From NCBI GenBank assembly GCA_965649825.1, contig OZ287697.1:769635-833634 (forward strand): a stretch of DNA of 64,000 nucleotides. Reading direction: 5' to 3'. Source of the stretch: Penicillus capitatus (lineage: Eukaryota; Plantae; Chlorophyta). Numbering within the stretch: the first letter of the stretch is position 1; every line of letters starts with the position of its first letter. The notes under the pieces are model-generated. The model saw only the letters and a list, made by a program, of their open reading frames with translations. It searched no databases and was not told the origin of the DNA. Positions 36,749-48,996 of the stretch are shown here, piece by piece. Both the position numbers and the translations under genes were made by a program.

Positions 36749-38922
36749 TTATTGTACTGCTGATGGATGTCGTCTCTCATGTGTGGCTTCTGATGGAATG
36801 GAGTGAGAATGAGGCATAAAGAGATAGTTAGCAATGTCTGTCAAGGAGATGATGCCTTCGAGAGCGTGCGATGGGGCATCGATCACCATCAGTCGTTGAA
36901 TATTTGGTCTTGCCAATCGTTCGACCACAGTCTTCAGTGTGTCGCTTCGTGTCACGGAATGGAGCAGTACCGAAGGAGATGTCCAAAGCGAACTGCTTTC
37001 GCCTCTTCCTGCAGCCACGTTCATAAAACTGGCCGTCAGTCCTCCAACGATGCCGCCAGAGGACGAGATGTGCTCGGGTATGGAAGGGGTTTCCCTTCCT
37101 AAAGACAGCGCTTGGTGCACTGTCAGTTCCTCCTGCTGAAGTCGTGTGTAGGCATGATTCTTGGCCAAATGCGTGATATCCGTGCGGGTGTAGATGTCAA
37201 TCAGGATATTGTCGCCGTTGACAACCGGAAGAGCACTCACATCAGCATCGAGTAACAGATTCAGTGCTTCAATCAACGGCGTCTCGGGATGGACAACGTG
37301 AAGATCACCTGTCTTCCGTCGGCATCGGGGATCGTCCTACAACACAGAGATTGTGCAGAGAGGGTTCGTAGCTGCTCGTGAGATATACGTACATCGGGAG
37401 TCTCGTTTGGAAAGTGGACAGAGGGGGACCAGGTCCCGACGTGCAGAGCACTTAGGGGGCGCGAAAGAAAGGGCAGTGACGAAATGGAGGCTTGAAAATG
37501 TCGTATGAGACAGGAAACCACACCCCCCAACGTTGCCGTGTGCAAAACAAAGGGGATCTGCAAACGCAGCCACCTACCTCAGCATCGTCAACAGTGCGTG
37601 TGTGCTTGACCTTTCTATCCTCCTCGATCGCGACAATGGGTGCCATAGAGCATCCCTTCTCGATGAGCGTATGGACGACGTTTTCCAAAGATGCCTCCGG
37701 TTCGACATAGACGAGAGGATCCGTCGGGGCATGGCCATTGGACTGCTGTTTTAAGCCCCGAATGGTATGGCAGTCCATTTCGGCCTAGAACATCACACAT
37801 ACTAAGATCTGTCGCCCATCGTCTCACTCTTTTTTACAGCTGTCAGCGCACCAGCTCCACTGGAGACGCTGTCTCTCAACTGTTTGAGTGCCTGGATGAA
37901 GTCACTGGCACTGATGACACCCACAATGCTCTTTTCGTCGCTATCCCACAAAGCAGCCGATGCAATGCACTGCTCATGCAGCGCGTGGAAAGCCTGTCGA
38001 ATGGAGAGATCTATATCCAAGACAACCACTTTGCCACTCTCCGGTATCAACTCAAACGCCTTGTGTGTATGCAGAAAATCGTGTATCACTTGCAACGTAT
38101 ACTCCTAGGCACACAGAGAATAGATCATGCGTGCTTTTGGAAGGCATCTGTAGTTACAGGCTCTTTTCTTTCTGTCAGGAGATGTGGAATCTCATGATTC
38201 ATTGGCACATCTTCTGAGGTCGTTGTGGGTGAGTAGAACTGCTCTGCGATTTGATTCTGGAGCCTCTGGAAGAGGTTACGGTGTTGGAGGAGGAAATTTG
38301 GGTCGAAGTCCACCGGTGCCGGCTCAGGATTGCGAACAAAGACCCAGTTATTCACGTTCCCGTTCGGGTCTGGCATAGAAGGCGCTTGTTCATCGTGACG
38401 CCACACACTGTCCACAATGAATTTGTATTGATGGTACCTGAACACAACAACGCCGTTTAGACTGCCCCTTCGTTTCACTGTCCGAAGACGCCTCCCAACA
38501 CGATCGCAACGCACGCAAGACACGAACGCACAGACAGATGCGACGACAAGACACGTGATGTGACGTCTCGTGTCTCCTTAACGGCATCCCATCGGCCATC
38601 ACCATGACAACCGCTATCTCCGCCCCCACGGCGCTAGAGAGGCGATACGACGTATCTGTCGACGTCTGCTTACCCAAAGGAGAGATGCACGACGACAAAG
38701 AACACGCCAGGGCTGCCGTCGAGAGGCTGCATGGGCACAGGCTCTACCCAGTGCGTAAACGAACCGACCAGAGAAACCTGTGACAGCATCGTGGACGATA
38801 GCACAAGGAGACGGCCGTGTTCTTATGCTCAGAGTTGAGAGGGGCACCTGTTGTCCTCCATATTTCCACAGAAAACGCGTCGGAATGAGACCAAAGGGCA
38901 GTTCCATTGAGCGTTCAAACAT
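36749..38922 (-). CDS. SNF4: SNF4 / plant-type KINbetagamma AMPK gamma subunit (CBM48 + CBS domains), multi-exon
   Basis: PTRFLWKYGGQQV, YQYKFIVDSVWRHDE, ELIPESGKVVVLDIDLSIRQAFHALHEQ and ALPVVNGDNILIDIYTRTDI. Confidence 0.93.
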
Positions 38923-39105
38923 ATCTTGCCAGAAGACGAAGGTGACGTCGACTTCACTACAGAAGGGCGCTGAACCAAGTGCCCTTAAAACTAAAAAGGA
39001 CTGAGAAATGACACTCGGCCAGAAGTACGTGTACGTTGGTTCGTTCGGGCGGTCGAAACGGCCAACGCGTGGTCGCAATTGATCGGCTGGCGGAATCCGG
39101 GCCAG

Positions 39106-41192
39106 ATGTCGAGGCGCTTTTTTGGGTTGCGTTGCCGAGCTGATGGAGTGGAGCAGTTTCGTACGACGCGTCCACCACCTCCGCCGCCCGACGGTCCGGT
39201 CCAGCGAGGTCGCTGGTGGAGGCGAGCGCCATCGAATGGCGTGACGAAACGTCACTGGAAGGATGAGGAGATACGACAGGCGATGCGCACACAGCGTCGC
39301 GATCCGTATGCCCGACTGGAATTCCTCCGACCTGAAGATGTGGAGGCGCCGTCAGAAGGCCCACCAATGTCCACAGCGATGCCTGTAGAAGATAGGAATC
39401 TCATCAAAGCGACGAAAGTGCGGGAAGTGATCCTTCGACGACTGGAACAGGCTCAAAAGGCAGAACTGCAGCGACAGATAAAAGATGGCGAAGTACGCGA
39501 TATCTATGGCGCTTTTATAATATTCTTGATGTGACAGATCACACAAGACGATGTGGATAGGATGGAACGTGATCTTCGGCGCGCTCAAGAGGATCCCGCT
39601 TTTGCAGAGGAGTTGGATCGGACGCTGCATCCAGAAGGGGAGAACGGAGTCTATGTTGAGTATCCCGTGGAAGGGGATGCCGCATCGGAGGATCGTTCAG
39701 GGATGTCTTTCATCGACCAGTTGATTTCGGATTACCAAGTGCCTGGATACGTCGAATTTGAAGAGATGAAGACAAAGAGTGAGACGACCATACCTGTCGT
39801 GCGCTTGTCGCATTGCAATGGAGAGGAGGTGGTGATCAGTTTGCACGGCGGATGTCTTCTCTCCTGGAAGGGACAGGATGGCAGGGAGCGTCTCTTCCAG
39901 AATCCGGAGGAGACGTATGATAAGCGACGGCCTATTCGGTCGTCGGGATTGACGCTGGCATTTCCACAGTATGGCAAGAGTGGTGTCATGTTGGAAGATG
40001 GCTTTGTCAATCGGTAAGTGGTGTTCCGAATCGGATCTTGATGAAGAGATAGATGTGCATTAGTCTGTTGTGGGACGTGGTGCACAGCGAAGTGGGTGTC
40101 GACTGGTTGCCAGATCCCGCACCGAGTGTTACCCTCTTTTGCAGAGATAATGAAGAAACGAGGAAGATCTGGCCGCATCCTTTCGAAATCTACTTCAAAA
40201 TTACACTGGGCGAGACGGACGAGTTCGGGAAATTTGAAGAACCCATCAAAGAACAGAGACGTTTAATGAAACGGGCCATGGAGATTGGATCGCTCAAAGG
40301 TATGATGGAGGAACTTGAGAACCCAACAGTGGAAGTAGAGGAGGAAGAGGCAGTAGAGGAGGAAGACACGCTAGAATGGAAACCAAGAAAAAAGAAGAAC
40401 AACCCTCAACAGGAAATCAGTGATACCACACAATCCGAGCAAGAGGACAACGGTGAGACAACGACAGCAGAGGACGACGGCAAAGAGAACGCAGAAGAGG
40501 GCAAAGATGATGATGACAGTGATATGACACCGACAGAGCCCATCCCAACCCAGCTGAAGCTGCAGTTCACTGTTCGCAACACAGGTGTCGCCTATCCGTC
40601 GCTGTATGACCTGTGTGATGCTGTGGGTTTGGCAGGAAATGAACCCATGGCGTTTATGCTGGCCTGTCGAACGCATTTCAAGACGCGTGGACTGTTTTAT
40701 TTTGGAGACTTTGTTCGGATTCTGGGCCTCGGTGGACGACACTATATCGACTACAATATTGTCCCAGACCGGCCGTTTCTGCGCGTCTGGGGAGAAGATT
40801 ACTTGGTCCTGAACAGAAGAAAAGAGGGATGGAATGCTATCTTCACAGAGAATGTCTTGAATGATGTGTTTTTCTGTCCGGGACGCGATGAGTATTACGA
40901 AAGCATCACCCGTCAGGGCTTTCCAGATGTCTTGCTCGGTCAGTCCAGTCTGCGCGGCGCTGAACCCCTTGACCTGTCACATCAAATGACGATGGTGGGC
41001 AGAGGACGCGTGACAGTGCCTGCCAGATTGGAGCCAGGAGAGAAATGGGAAGGAGAGTACGTATTGCGTCATCATGACCATTACTTCACAGAACCCATCT
41101 TTGGTTATCAAGGAAACATCCCTCCACCAGACTTCGAAGAAATGGAACTGCCTATTCAGGATCGACCGAACATCATAACAGAACGGCGTTAA
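39106..41192 (+). CDS. Organelle-targeted aldose-1-epimerase-fold protein with N-terminal extension and acidic insert; catalytic residues not conserved
   Basis: VVISLHGGCLLSWK, PIRSSGLTLAFPQYGK, DGFVNR, RKIWPHPFEIYFKITL, FTVRNTG, SITRQGFPDVLL and LEPGEKWEG. Confidence 0.75.
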
Positions 41193-42510
41193 GCTCGATA
41201 GGCCGGTTTGATGCAGTCCATGAGACAGACGGCACCTTCTGGCACATGATTGGCCGTCGCTTCCTCTCGGTGCAGTCTTCTGCAATTGATGTAATGCCAT
41301 TTGCCGCTTTTTTCGTCAAAACTCTTTTCCAAGATGTCGCCAGAAATGGCACAGTGCGATTGGGGATGATCATCGTCGATCGGGACACGGATGGTATCTC
41401 CTGCCGTCCAAGATCGCGGCTTGGACAGTTTTTGAAGAAGCTGCTGAGGAGAGAGGTCTTTCGTATCGGAATCTTGCGCCCAGATTTCGGAAGGCGCATA
41501 CCAGACACGACTCTGGCAGTTCTGTTTTCGCCTTTCGAATCGGACATGGAAACGCCAGTCCAGGTAACGCGGCTTCGTTGTCTTCGATCCCTGAACCAGT
41601 CTTCTATACACGCTCTCATCAAACACCTAGATCTCACACATGTCACTCTCTTGATCCGTCGACAGATCGGCAAAGACGTGTAGATTTCTGAAATCCAGGT
41701 GCATAGACGGCAGGAGCATCTGAGCCGATCGCGGGTTCGGTTGTGGAATGTGTTTGCATTTCTCTGCTGCGTGCATCAGTAGATCCACCAATGACATGAC
41801 AGGCAGCTTCTGATCCATGTCATCTTCACTGTCCGAGTCTTCATCTCCCGAGTCGATGTGGATGACATTGGGATCTCGATTCTTGGACCAGTAAGGCGAA
41901 TCGTTCGTCTGCATCGGAATAGGCGTCATGGCCATCTCTTCATAAGCTGGACGCGGCGTCGTCTCCTGTTTCGAGCGTTTGACAGGGACAGGTGTCGCGA
42001 TCGGCATCTCGGGCTCTCTCTTTGTCGTCTTGGCTGCCTTCATCTTGGTATCGATCGTTTGAATGAGCTCCGGTCCCAGTGTCGTTTTCCAACCTACATA
42101 GATTTTCAGCAATTGATTCCGCACGATGCGGTCTGCTCGACGCCATGCCTGCTCGAAGAGCTACAAAGACAGAGAGCGCTGTTGTCGATGCTAGTGATGC
42201 CTGGCAATCATGTCACACCTCGGGGAGTTCAGATTCAAAGACGTTTTTGAAAGCGGCGCCTGCATTTCGACACAGACCCTCGGCAAATTGCAGTGCAGGG
42301 GGCAGCACTTCAACAGGCGACTGCATCCAGAACCATTTCAGAAGACGACTCGCCTTCGATAATGAGACACACTTGACGAACGTGGTTGCTCAGGACACGG
42401 GCCACGACATTGGGCCTTAACTTTACGGCAGACTGCGTCAGAGCGCTTAATTTGTTCGGTGAGGCGCTCGTGAGCTCTGCCCGCAGCATGACCGAAAATG
42501 CATGCTCCAT
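41189..42510 (-). CDS. PCF11: PCF11/PCFS4-like cleavage and polyadenylation factor (CID domain + C-terminal zinc-finger region), multi-exon
   Basis: N-terminal ELTSASPNKLSALT; LLKIYVGWK CID helices; C-terminal YLDWRF and CAISGDILEKSFDEKSGKWHYINC. Confidence 0.75.
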
Positions 42511-42773
42511 GCCGCGGAAGGAAACAGCAGACGTGATGTGACGTCTGACATTCTAAACAGCACATGGAGCCTGTCTTGTCTGACTCTGCACCTTCCTCCC
42601 AATCTCCACCTGTACACGCGTCTGTCTATGGCTGAACGAAAGTGTGGTCAGACCAGTGGTCTCATTTTTAGTCACATCCTGTTCGACATACTTAGATAGG
42701 CAGATCTGGTTGTCACGTCATGACCCCCCTCCGACTTTATTATCGCCTTCGTTTAGCGAGTTGTCCGTTCAGA

Positions 42774-43993
42774 ATGACATCTACGATGTTTCCTTCTCTG
42801 GATTTGATGCTTCGCGATATGGAAGACCCGTTGCAGGGACATCCGCGTTACGAGAAGATTCGCTGGGCTTCCGGCAGCAAAGACAACGTCCAAATCGCGC
42901 TTGACCGACAATGCAACAAAACGGTGGCCGTCAAATTCTTCCCACGAGGCTCTGCCATCAGCGACTACGTACGCCGTGAGATTCTCCATCACGCTGAGCT
43001 GCATCATGCGAATGTCGTGGCACTGTATCACGTGTTTCTCACATCGGGGTATGTCGCTCCTGCATCTCATACAAGGCCATGAAAGGTCGACGTGTGTGTC
43101 TAGCTACCTCTGTGTCTCTCTCGAACTGGGTGCGCAGAATCTATGGCAGTACGTGCAAGCGCAAGGGGGTCGTTTGCAGGAGGATGAAGTGCAGTCACTC
43201 TTCCTTCAGTTGCTTGATGGTGTAGAGTACTGCCACTCGAAAAAAGTCGTCAATAGGTACCGACAGCATCACACCTCTCACTCTTTTCGTTGATCATCTG
43301 TTATGGGCATTAGGGATATAAAACTAGAGAACTGTTTGATCAATACCCGTTTTCATCAGGGCGTGCGTCACACTGTCCTGAAAATGTGTGATTTTGGCTA
43401 CTGCAAAAATGTCGACACAGATTCGTTGCCCAAATCGATCGTGGGCACTTCGGCATATCTAAGTCTGGATATATTGACACAGAAGTCGAACGAAGGCTAC
43501 GACGCGATGCTAGTCGATTTGTGGTCCTGCGGTGTCCTCCTGTATTATCTCCTCGAAGGCAGATTTCCATTCGGAACAGGTCTGTCCCATCGCATCCTGA
43601 GATCACCCTATCGAAATTCTTTGTCTGCTGTTGACAGAGGAATCCAACGGGAGTCGGGGTGAATTGTTCAGGAGGATTGTGGCTTTGGAATACGATCCCT
43701 GTCATGTCGCATCGTATGGTGCTCAGGATCTGCTATCCCTGATATTCTGTCCGCCAGATATGAGATTTGATATGAAGAGTGTAAGAAACCATTGGTGGGT
43801 CGAGTCAGGATACAGGAGGGCGGATATCAAAGTGCTTCGGATGCTGCAGCGCGACGGATCGTCGTCCAATATGGAAATGCAAACCGTACAAGAAATGGAG
43901 CAGTTGATCGACGAAGCATGCATTCCCCCTCCTGTCGTCGTCAATGACTGGGATGATTATTTCCCTCCCAATGTATCGATGAATATGTTCTGA
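42774..43993 (+). CDS. SnRK2-like Ser/Thr protein kinase, multi-exon
   Basis: VAVKFFPRG, VRREILHH, RDIKLENCL, LKMCDFGY, SLPKSIVGTSAY, VDLWSCGVLLY, and an acidic C-tail MQTVQEMEQLIDEA. Confidence 0.88.
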
Positions 43994-44195
43994 AACAAAG
44001 TGTGGTAAAATGAGAGGATGTTGAATTCACGCACTTCCTTGTCGCCGAACGAATCGCCCTGCTCCATCTAAACGTCAGAAAGGAATCTCCTACACATCTC
44101 CTGGACTCTCACGCGCGGCGCACGTCTTCGATCGATCCGTGGGATGTGGCGGCGGCCATATGATGGTGTGCACAAAGATTACATAAACAAAGGAA

Positions 44196-44724
44196 TCACA
44201 AAACCGTAAGACGAAGTGAAGAGAGGGTCAGAATGTTTCCAAGGTCGCTACCGTCTTCGCGCTGAGCGTCTACAAGCTCGTTGCTTTGGTGATGGGCTTG
44301 AGGAGCTTTAACTGGGTCGCCAGCATGTCGGGTGTCGGTACGAAGTGTCCAATCTGTCGTCGAGATATCGTGGAGGGACGCATGCGTTGCGGCAGCTCTA
44401 TCTGTATTCCGTTCTCGACGATTCTCGCATCTGCGTTTCCGACGGAGCATACCTGAGATCGATGGATGCTCATGTATGCGACACGCGGTCGGCGTACTTT
44501 CAACGGCGGCGGATCTCTCGCTATGCGGTACTCCTCGTCGTCATCGTGCCGCAATGCTGCCGCCGACTCACTCGTCAGAGATTGCACGTGGATGCCGCAG
44601 AGGCAGATACGACACCAACCTGATCGTCGCATCCGAGTCCGAGATGATCGGTGCTGCATTCGAGGCTCGACGCACCGTGAGGAAGACGAAATCGACAGCC
44701 CGTTTTGAAGAAGCAGTCCATGGT
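44196..44724 (-). CDS. Possible small uncharacterised gene
   Basis: 129-aa ORF 44270-44659 with protein-like composition (RDPPPLKVRRPR; HFVPTPDMLATQLKLLKP). No recognised domain. Confidence 0.3.
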
Positions 44725-45336
44725 GATGACGTCGAATAGTCAGAAGAAAAGGGGACGATGCTGTCGTAATGCGCTCGCTAGTATCGGCGACGGTGGCAGT
44801 GATGGTCGAATCTAAGCTGCATGTGGTGCCTTAGTCTGTCAAGATGTGCAAATCATAACAATCGGCGTGAGGAGAAATACAGTAACGCACGGCGGTTATG
44901 GTTTTGCCGAGAGTCGAACGAAGGGCCCCTGATCCAAGTGAAAAAAACGAGGTGACCTTCAAACGTTCGGCATCCAGCATCTCTCTACTCAGAAGGCATC
45001 AGATCTAGACGCCGCAAGACAGCGTCTTTAAGAACTCAGCCTCGGACATCAAGGCACGTCCTTATCACCGTGATCGAGGCGTTTTCTTTAGGATCTCATT
45101 GCCGTGCTTTTGCAGGAGAGGCTAGTGGGTTCTTGTGAACTCCCTGTTGGATGAGCGATGTATGAACATCGAGGGTGAAGCGGAGATGCGTGTAGGAAAC
45201 CGTTTGAGGTAGAGGGTTCTCTTTATCTGTGTGATCCACGTGGACGGTTATGCGATTTCCGTAACGAACAGTCGTTTTCACGATGTCGTTGATGTGATCA
45301 TGCACATGTCTCAAGAAACGCCTTCGCTTTGTTCTC

Positions 45337-46715
45337 ATGGCCGACGACGAAGCGGAATCCGTCGCCTTTTCGAAGCTGCTCTGCAAGATCACGTCGTTTC
45401 AAAATGAGCTTCGCAGTTGTCGATCGAGTATCGCGACGGCGAGAGCAGACGCACGACGTCTCAGCCAGGCAAACCAAACGTCCTTCATGGAACGCTCTTT
45501 TGATGAACGGCGAGTCCATAGGAAAAGGAAGCTGCTGTGCAAAAGCTTCACAAAGCAAACAACGAATGGCACCAACGCGAGACGGAATCATCTCACACTA
45601 TTGCAAAGCTCCAAGGACAGGTTTGTCCGAGAAAAGAGTGAGATGTTATTGAAGGCTATTCCAGGTGGCGGCGCTGACGAAAGACAAAGAATCACTCGAG
45701 CAGCAACTCGCTCAGAAGACGAAACAACTGGACGCCTTACAACAGTTTAGATCGGAATCGCTGGTTCGGCTCGAATCTGAGAACACCAAATTGCGACGAG
45801 ATGTGAAGCGTGTCGAAGAAAAGAGTGAGAGCACAGTTTCCGAACTACGGTGCCAGAAACTCCTGACCGATGCACTGGAGACGGAGCTTCGAACACTCAA
45901 GTCGCTTCATACGGAGCTGCGAGAAGAGTTGACGCAGCAAGAGATGCGCACGAAGGCGTCTTTCGAATCAGTCCAGTCATCCTTGGTCGATCGAGAATCC
46001 CTCACGCGCAGCATTGAGCAACTGAATGTGCGCATCGCCGCCAAGAGACAACGCCACAGTGTAACAGGTTTCCTCTCAGGGACGCATAGAGAAATTGAAG
46101 ATGGAGGCGGAGAATGCAACGCAGGGGAGAATGCACGCCATGAGTGAGCTGCAGATGGAGAGAGGCGCAAAAGAGCGCTTGGAAAAGACGGTGGCGGAAC
46201 TCGAAGAGAGTAGATGCCAAATGGTAAAGGGATTTGAGGAAGAACGGAAACGCAGTGCGGAGTTGATGGAACTGCTCAAGAGTCGCGAAGAAACGGCCAT
46301 CAAAGTCCGTTCGCCGTACAGCCAACAGGAGTGATCTCTTCGTCTCTGCACACTGTAGGTCGAAGAGACCATTTATGAGCAAAACCAACTTATCCAGGAA
46401 TTGAGAGGCGACCTCAAAAACGCTAAAAAGAATGAGACGGAGGATGCAGCGCCAGAGATATCCTTAGTATGTGAAGAGAGAACGGAAAAACCTGCGGCGA
46501 TCAAAATCGAGTCGATTGAACGCGTCAGTGAGGGAGAGACTAAACACGAGAGTGCCTTTTTGCATTCTGGCAAACGGAAGAAGAGTGCGTCCACAGAAGA
46601 CGCAGGACAGAAAACGAAGAGGCCGAGCAGTGAGATAGAGACCAGTCACATCAGGGCAGAAGTCAACCATGGCGGCGAAGATGGCATCGATATCGCCTTC
46701 TTTCACCACAAGTAG
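45337..46715 (+). CDS. Long coiled-coil protein of unknown function, multi-exon
   Basis: Consecutive E/K/L/Q-rich heptad ORFs 45337-45750, 45665-46147, 46095-46334 and 46401-46715 with GT-AG breaks. Basic KRKK motif near the C-terminus. Confidence 0.7.
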
Positions 46716-47034
46716 CAACGCATTTATTGCATCAACGTCATATCAAATCGCCCCGCTTCACGCGCTCGGTGTTCGAATCCGTGATTTGACCGTTGGTCTG
46801 GCTACGTTCTCGTGACAAGACTTGAGGGAAAAAGATGCTGACGTGTGAAATGCCTTCGACGTACAGCGATTCATCGAGAGAATGTAATTCTCACTCAGCG
46901 TACGTTCGTTCACTTTCGCGTTATTTTTCAACGATTTCTATAAAGTGGCCATTTTCTTGAACGATTTGCGTTTCTTTGTCTCGAACGTTCTTTGAAGCGC
47001 GCATCATTTTGAACGTGTTCCGTGAATCTGCAGC

Positions 47035-48331
47035 ATGAACGTCAGAAGACTGAACAAGCAACCAACTGCCTATGAAGAATTGACGTACATCGAAAGGATT
47101 TATAAGACAGAGAACGAGCTGCGGGCCAGATTGACAGAAACGGGTTTCAAAAAATACAGAGACATCGACGTGCCCAAAGTCGACTGCTTTATCTACGTCC
47201 CGTCAGCATTCCCTACATCAGCCAGTCAGGTGCTTGTCGACGATATCACGGCAAACCACGCTGAACGCATTTTGGCGTGCGTTTAAGGCTTTCAATTTTG
47301 CAGCCCTCAGACCGAGTCGCATCACTGTCGGTGTGTGCATCGGCGGGACGACAATGCTGAACGGCTGGGATGCGAAATTGAAACTCGGTATCCAAGGAAT
47401 GCTGGAAACTGCCCATAACAATGACAATGCCGATCTGACAGCCTCGCAGATACTGCAGGCACTTGAAGATTTTTGCGATGCTTATCCACAGCTGTCCAGC
47501 CATCGCATCACCCTCGATGTGTGCATCTGTGGATACTCTCTTGGTGGTCTCTTTGCCCAGGCGACGACTGTCCTGCTGCAGGACTGGGCAGAAAAGACGG
47601 CAAACAATGTGAAATGCCGAACGTTTGATGGCGCTGGTACTCCAGAGGCATATCATGAGACGGCACGAAATTATGGACCGGTACGGGGCGCTTATTGGAA
47701 TCGGATCATAACAAACTACAAATCTTTTCCGAGTCCGCTAAACACCGTCTTTGAAGACATCGGCCGTATTTTTCATCTAAAGAATGCGGCGCTGTTTGAA
47801 ACGGACTGGAGATGGACGACGAAGTGCCTCACAAGCACGACCCATCACATCGCGTCCTTGTCGGATAGCGTGTTCGGCAGTACAACGACGACAGAGGATA
47901 CATCATCTGATACCAAAGACACCAAGAAGAGTGAAGAGGACAAAGAAAAGCAACAGAAGAGCAGGAAAATGATCAAAGATGCTGTCTGGGCATTCGCTAA
48001 ACTTGCGGACATGGGAATGGATGTCAACGAAATTGTCCGCAACCATGACGTCGTGACGATGATGGGGTGTTTCGATGGAGAGACGGGAGAGGCTTTGCCG
48101 GGAGCGAGTGTGGAGATGCGGCAATGGCCGACGTACAGGAGCTTAAACTGGACACCAAACACTTTCGCTGTGGCAGGAGCGCAAAGGCTCATGAATCAAT
48201 GGCTCGGAAATACAAACAACCCCCTGCTCGATCCTGACGAACCTGGATTGTCTAATTTACTCTTGTACGGTGGAAAACGCGGGTACTTGGAAGCTAAACT
48301 CGCAAAACTGCCAGGGTACGTTCCACTATGA
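47035..48331 (+). CDS. Alpha/beta-hydrolase, class-3-lipase-like (probably 2 exons)
   Basis: Nucleophile elbow ICGYSLGGLFAQA followed by TFDGAG. ORFs 47035-47286 and 47234-48331 can be joined by one GT-AG intron (GTCAGG...TTTGCAG). Confidence 0.7.
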
Positions 48332-48996
48332 AAAACTGGGTTGCATTCAGAGTAGCGACGTTGCCCATGCTTTTGCGGGAACATGAAACACGAGTGACTT
48401 CCTTCGACTATGCTTTTTACAAAGATATCGATCGATGACCGCCTCCATAAGGAGGCACATAGTGAATTCGAATCTTGGGTTGAGTTCATCTATTTCTTAT
48501 GTCTTTGCTGTCGATGCAGCGTTGAAACATACGAGAGTTCATATGGTTAGTGAACAAACGGGGTGTCTAAGCTGGTCCTTAATTTCGCATCTGTCTCATG
48601 ATGATCTCCCTTTTTGTTAACAGAGATATCAGATCACATCCCGTGGAACCCATTGTTCGACAAACTTAGCTTCCCAAGACATTATTGCTTAACTGTAAGA
48701 CACCTATTGATCGTTGAGTGTCCAGATGCAACGCATCGAAGCAAGCTATCGGTACTTCTGGAATCTCACTTTTTTCGAAGGGCTTGGGAATTCATGTCCC
48801 TGTCTCTCCGGTCTCAGATCCATGGCCTTTGTATGGACTGTTCATTCTCCGTGGCACACTCGAAGCGCGTGTCTTCATTGGAACCGTCTGTAACAGAACC
48901 GCAACAACTTTCCTTTCCGTCAAGAAACGTTGCGATCTCATCTCGTAGTGAGGGGTGCTCAACTCTCGATAGCGGCGATATACATCACCGTTTGAA

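Noticed and set aside
45170-45210. Minus-strand peptide TVSYTHLR, resembling the translation of the Nextera/Tn5 mosaic-end adapter
   Set aside because: The DNA is GTTTCCTACACGCATCTC, which differs from the adapter CTGTCTCTTATACACATCT at several positions. It is not adapter contamination and appears to be a coincidence.
46765-46785. GTTCGAATCC B-box/T-loop-like motif (similar GTTCGAATC near 61057)
   Set aside because: The flanks do not form a T-stem or acceptor stem and no cloverleaf could be built. No tRNA gene is called.
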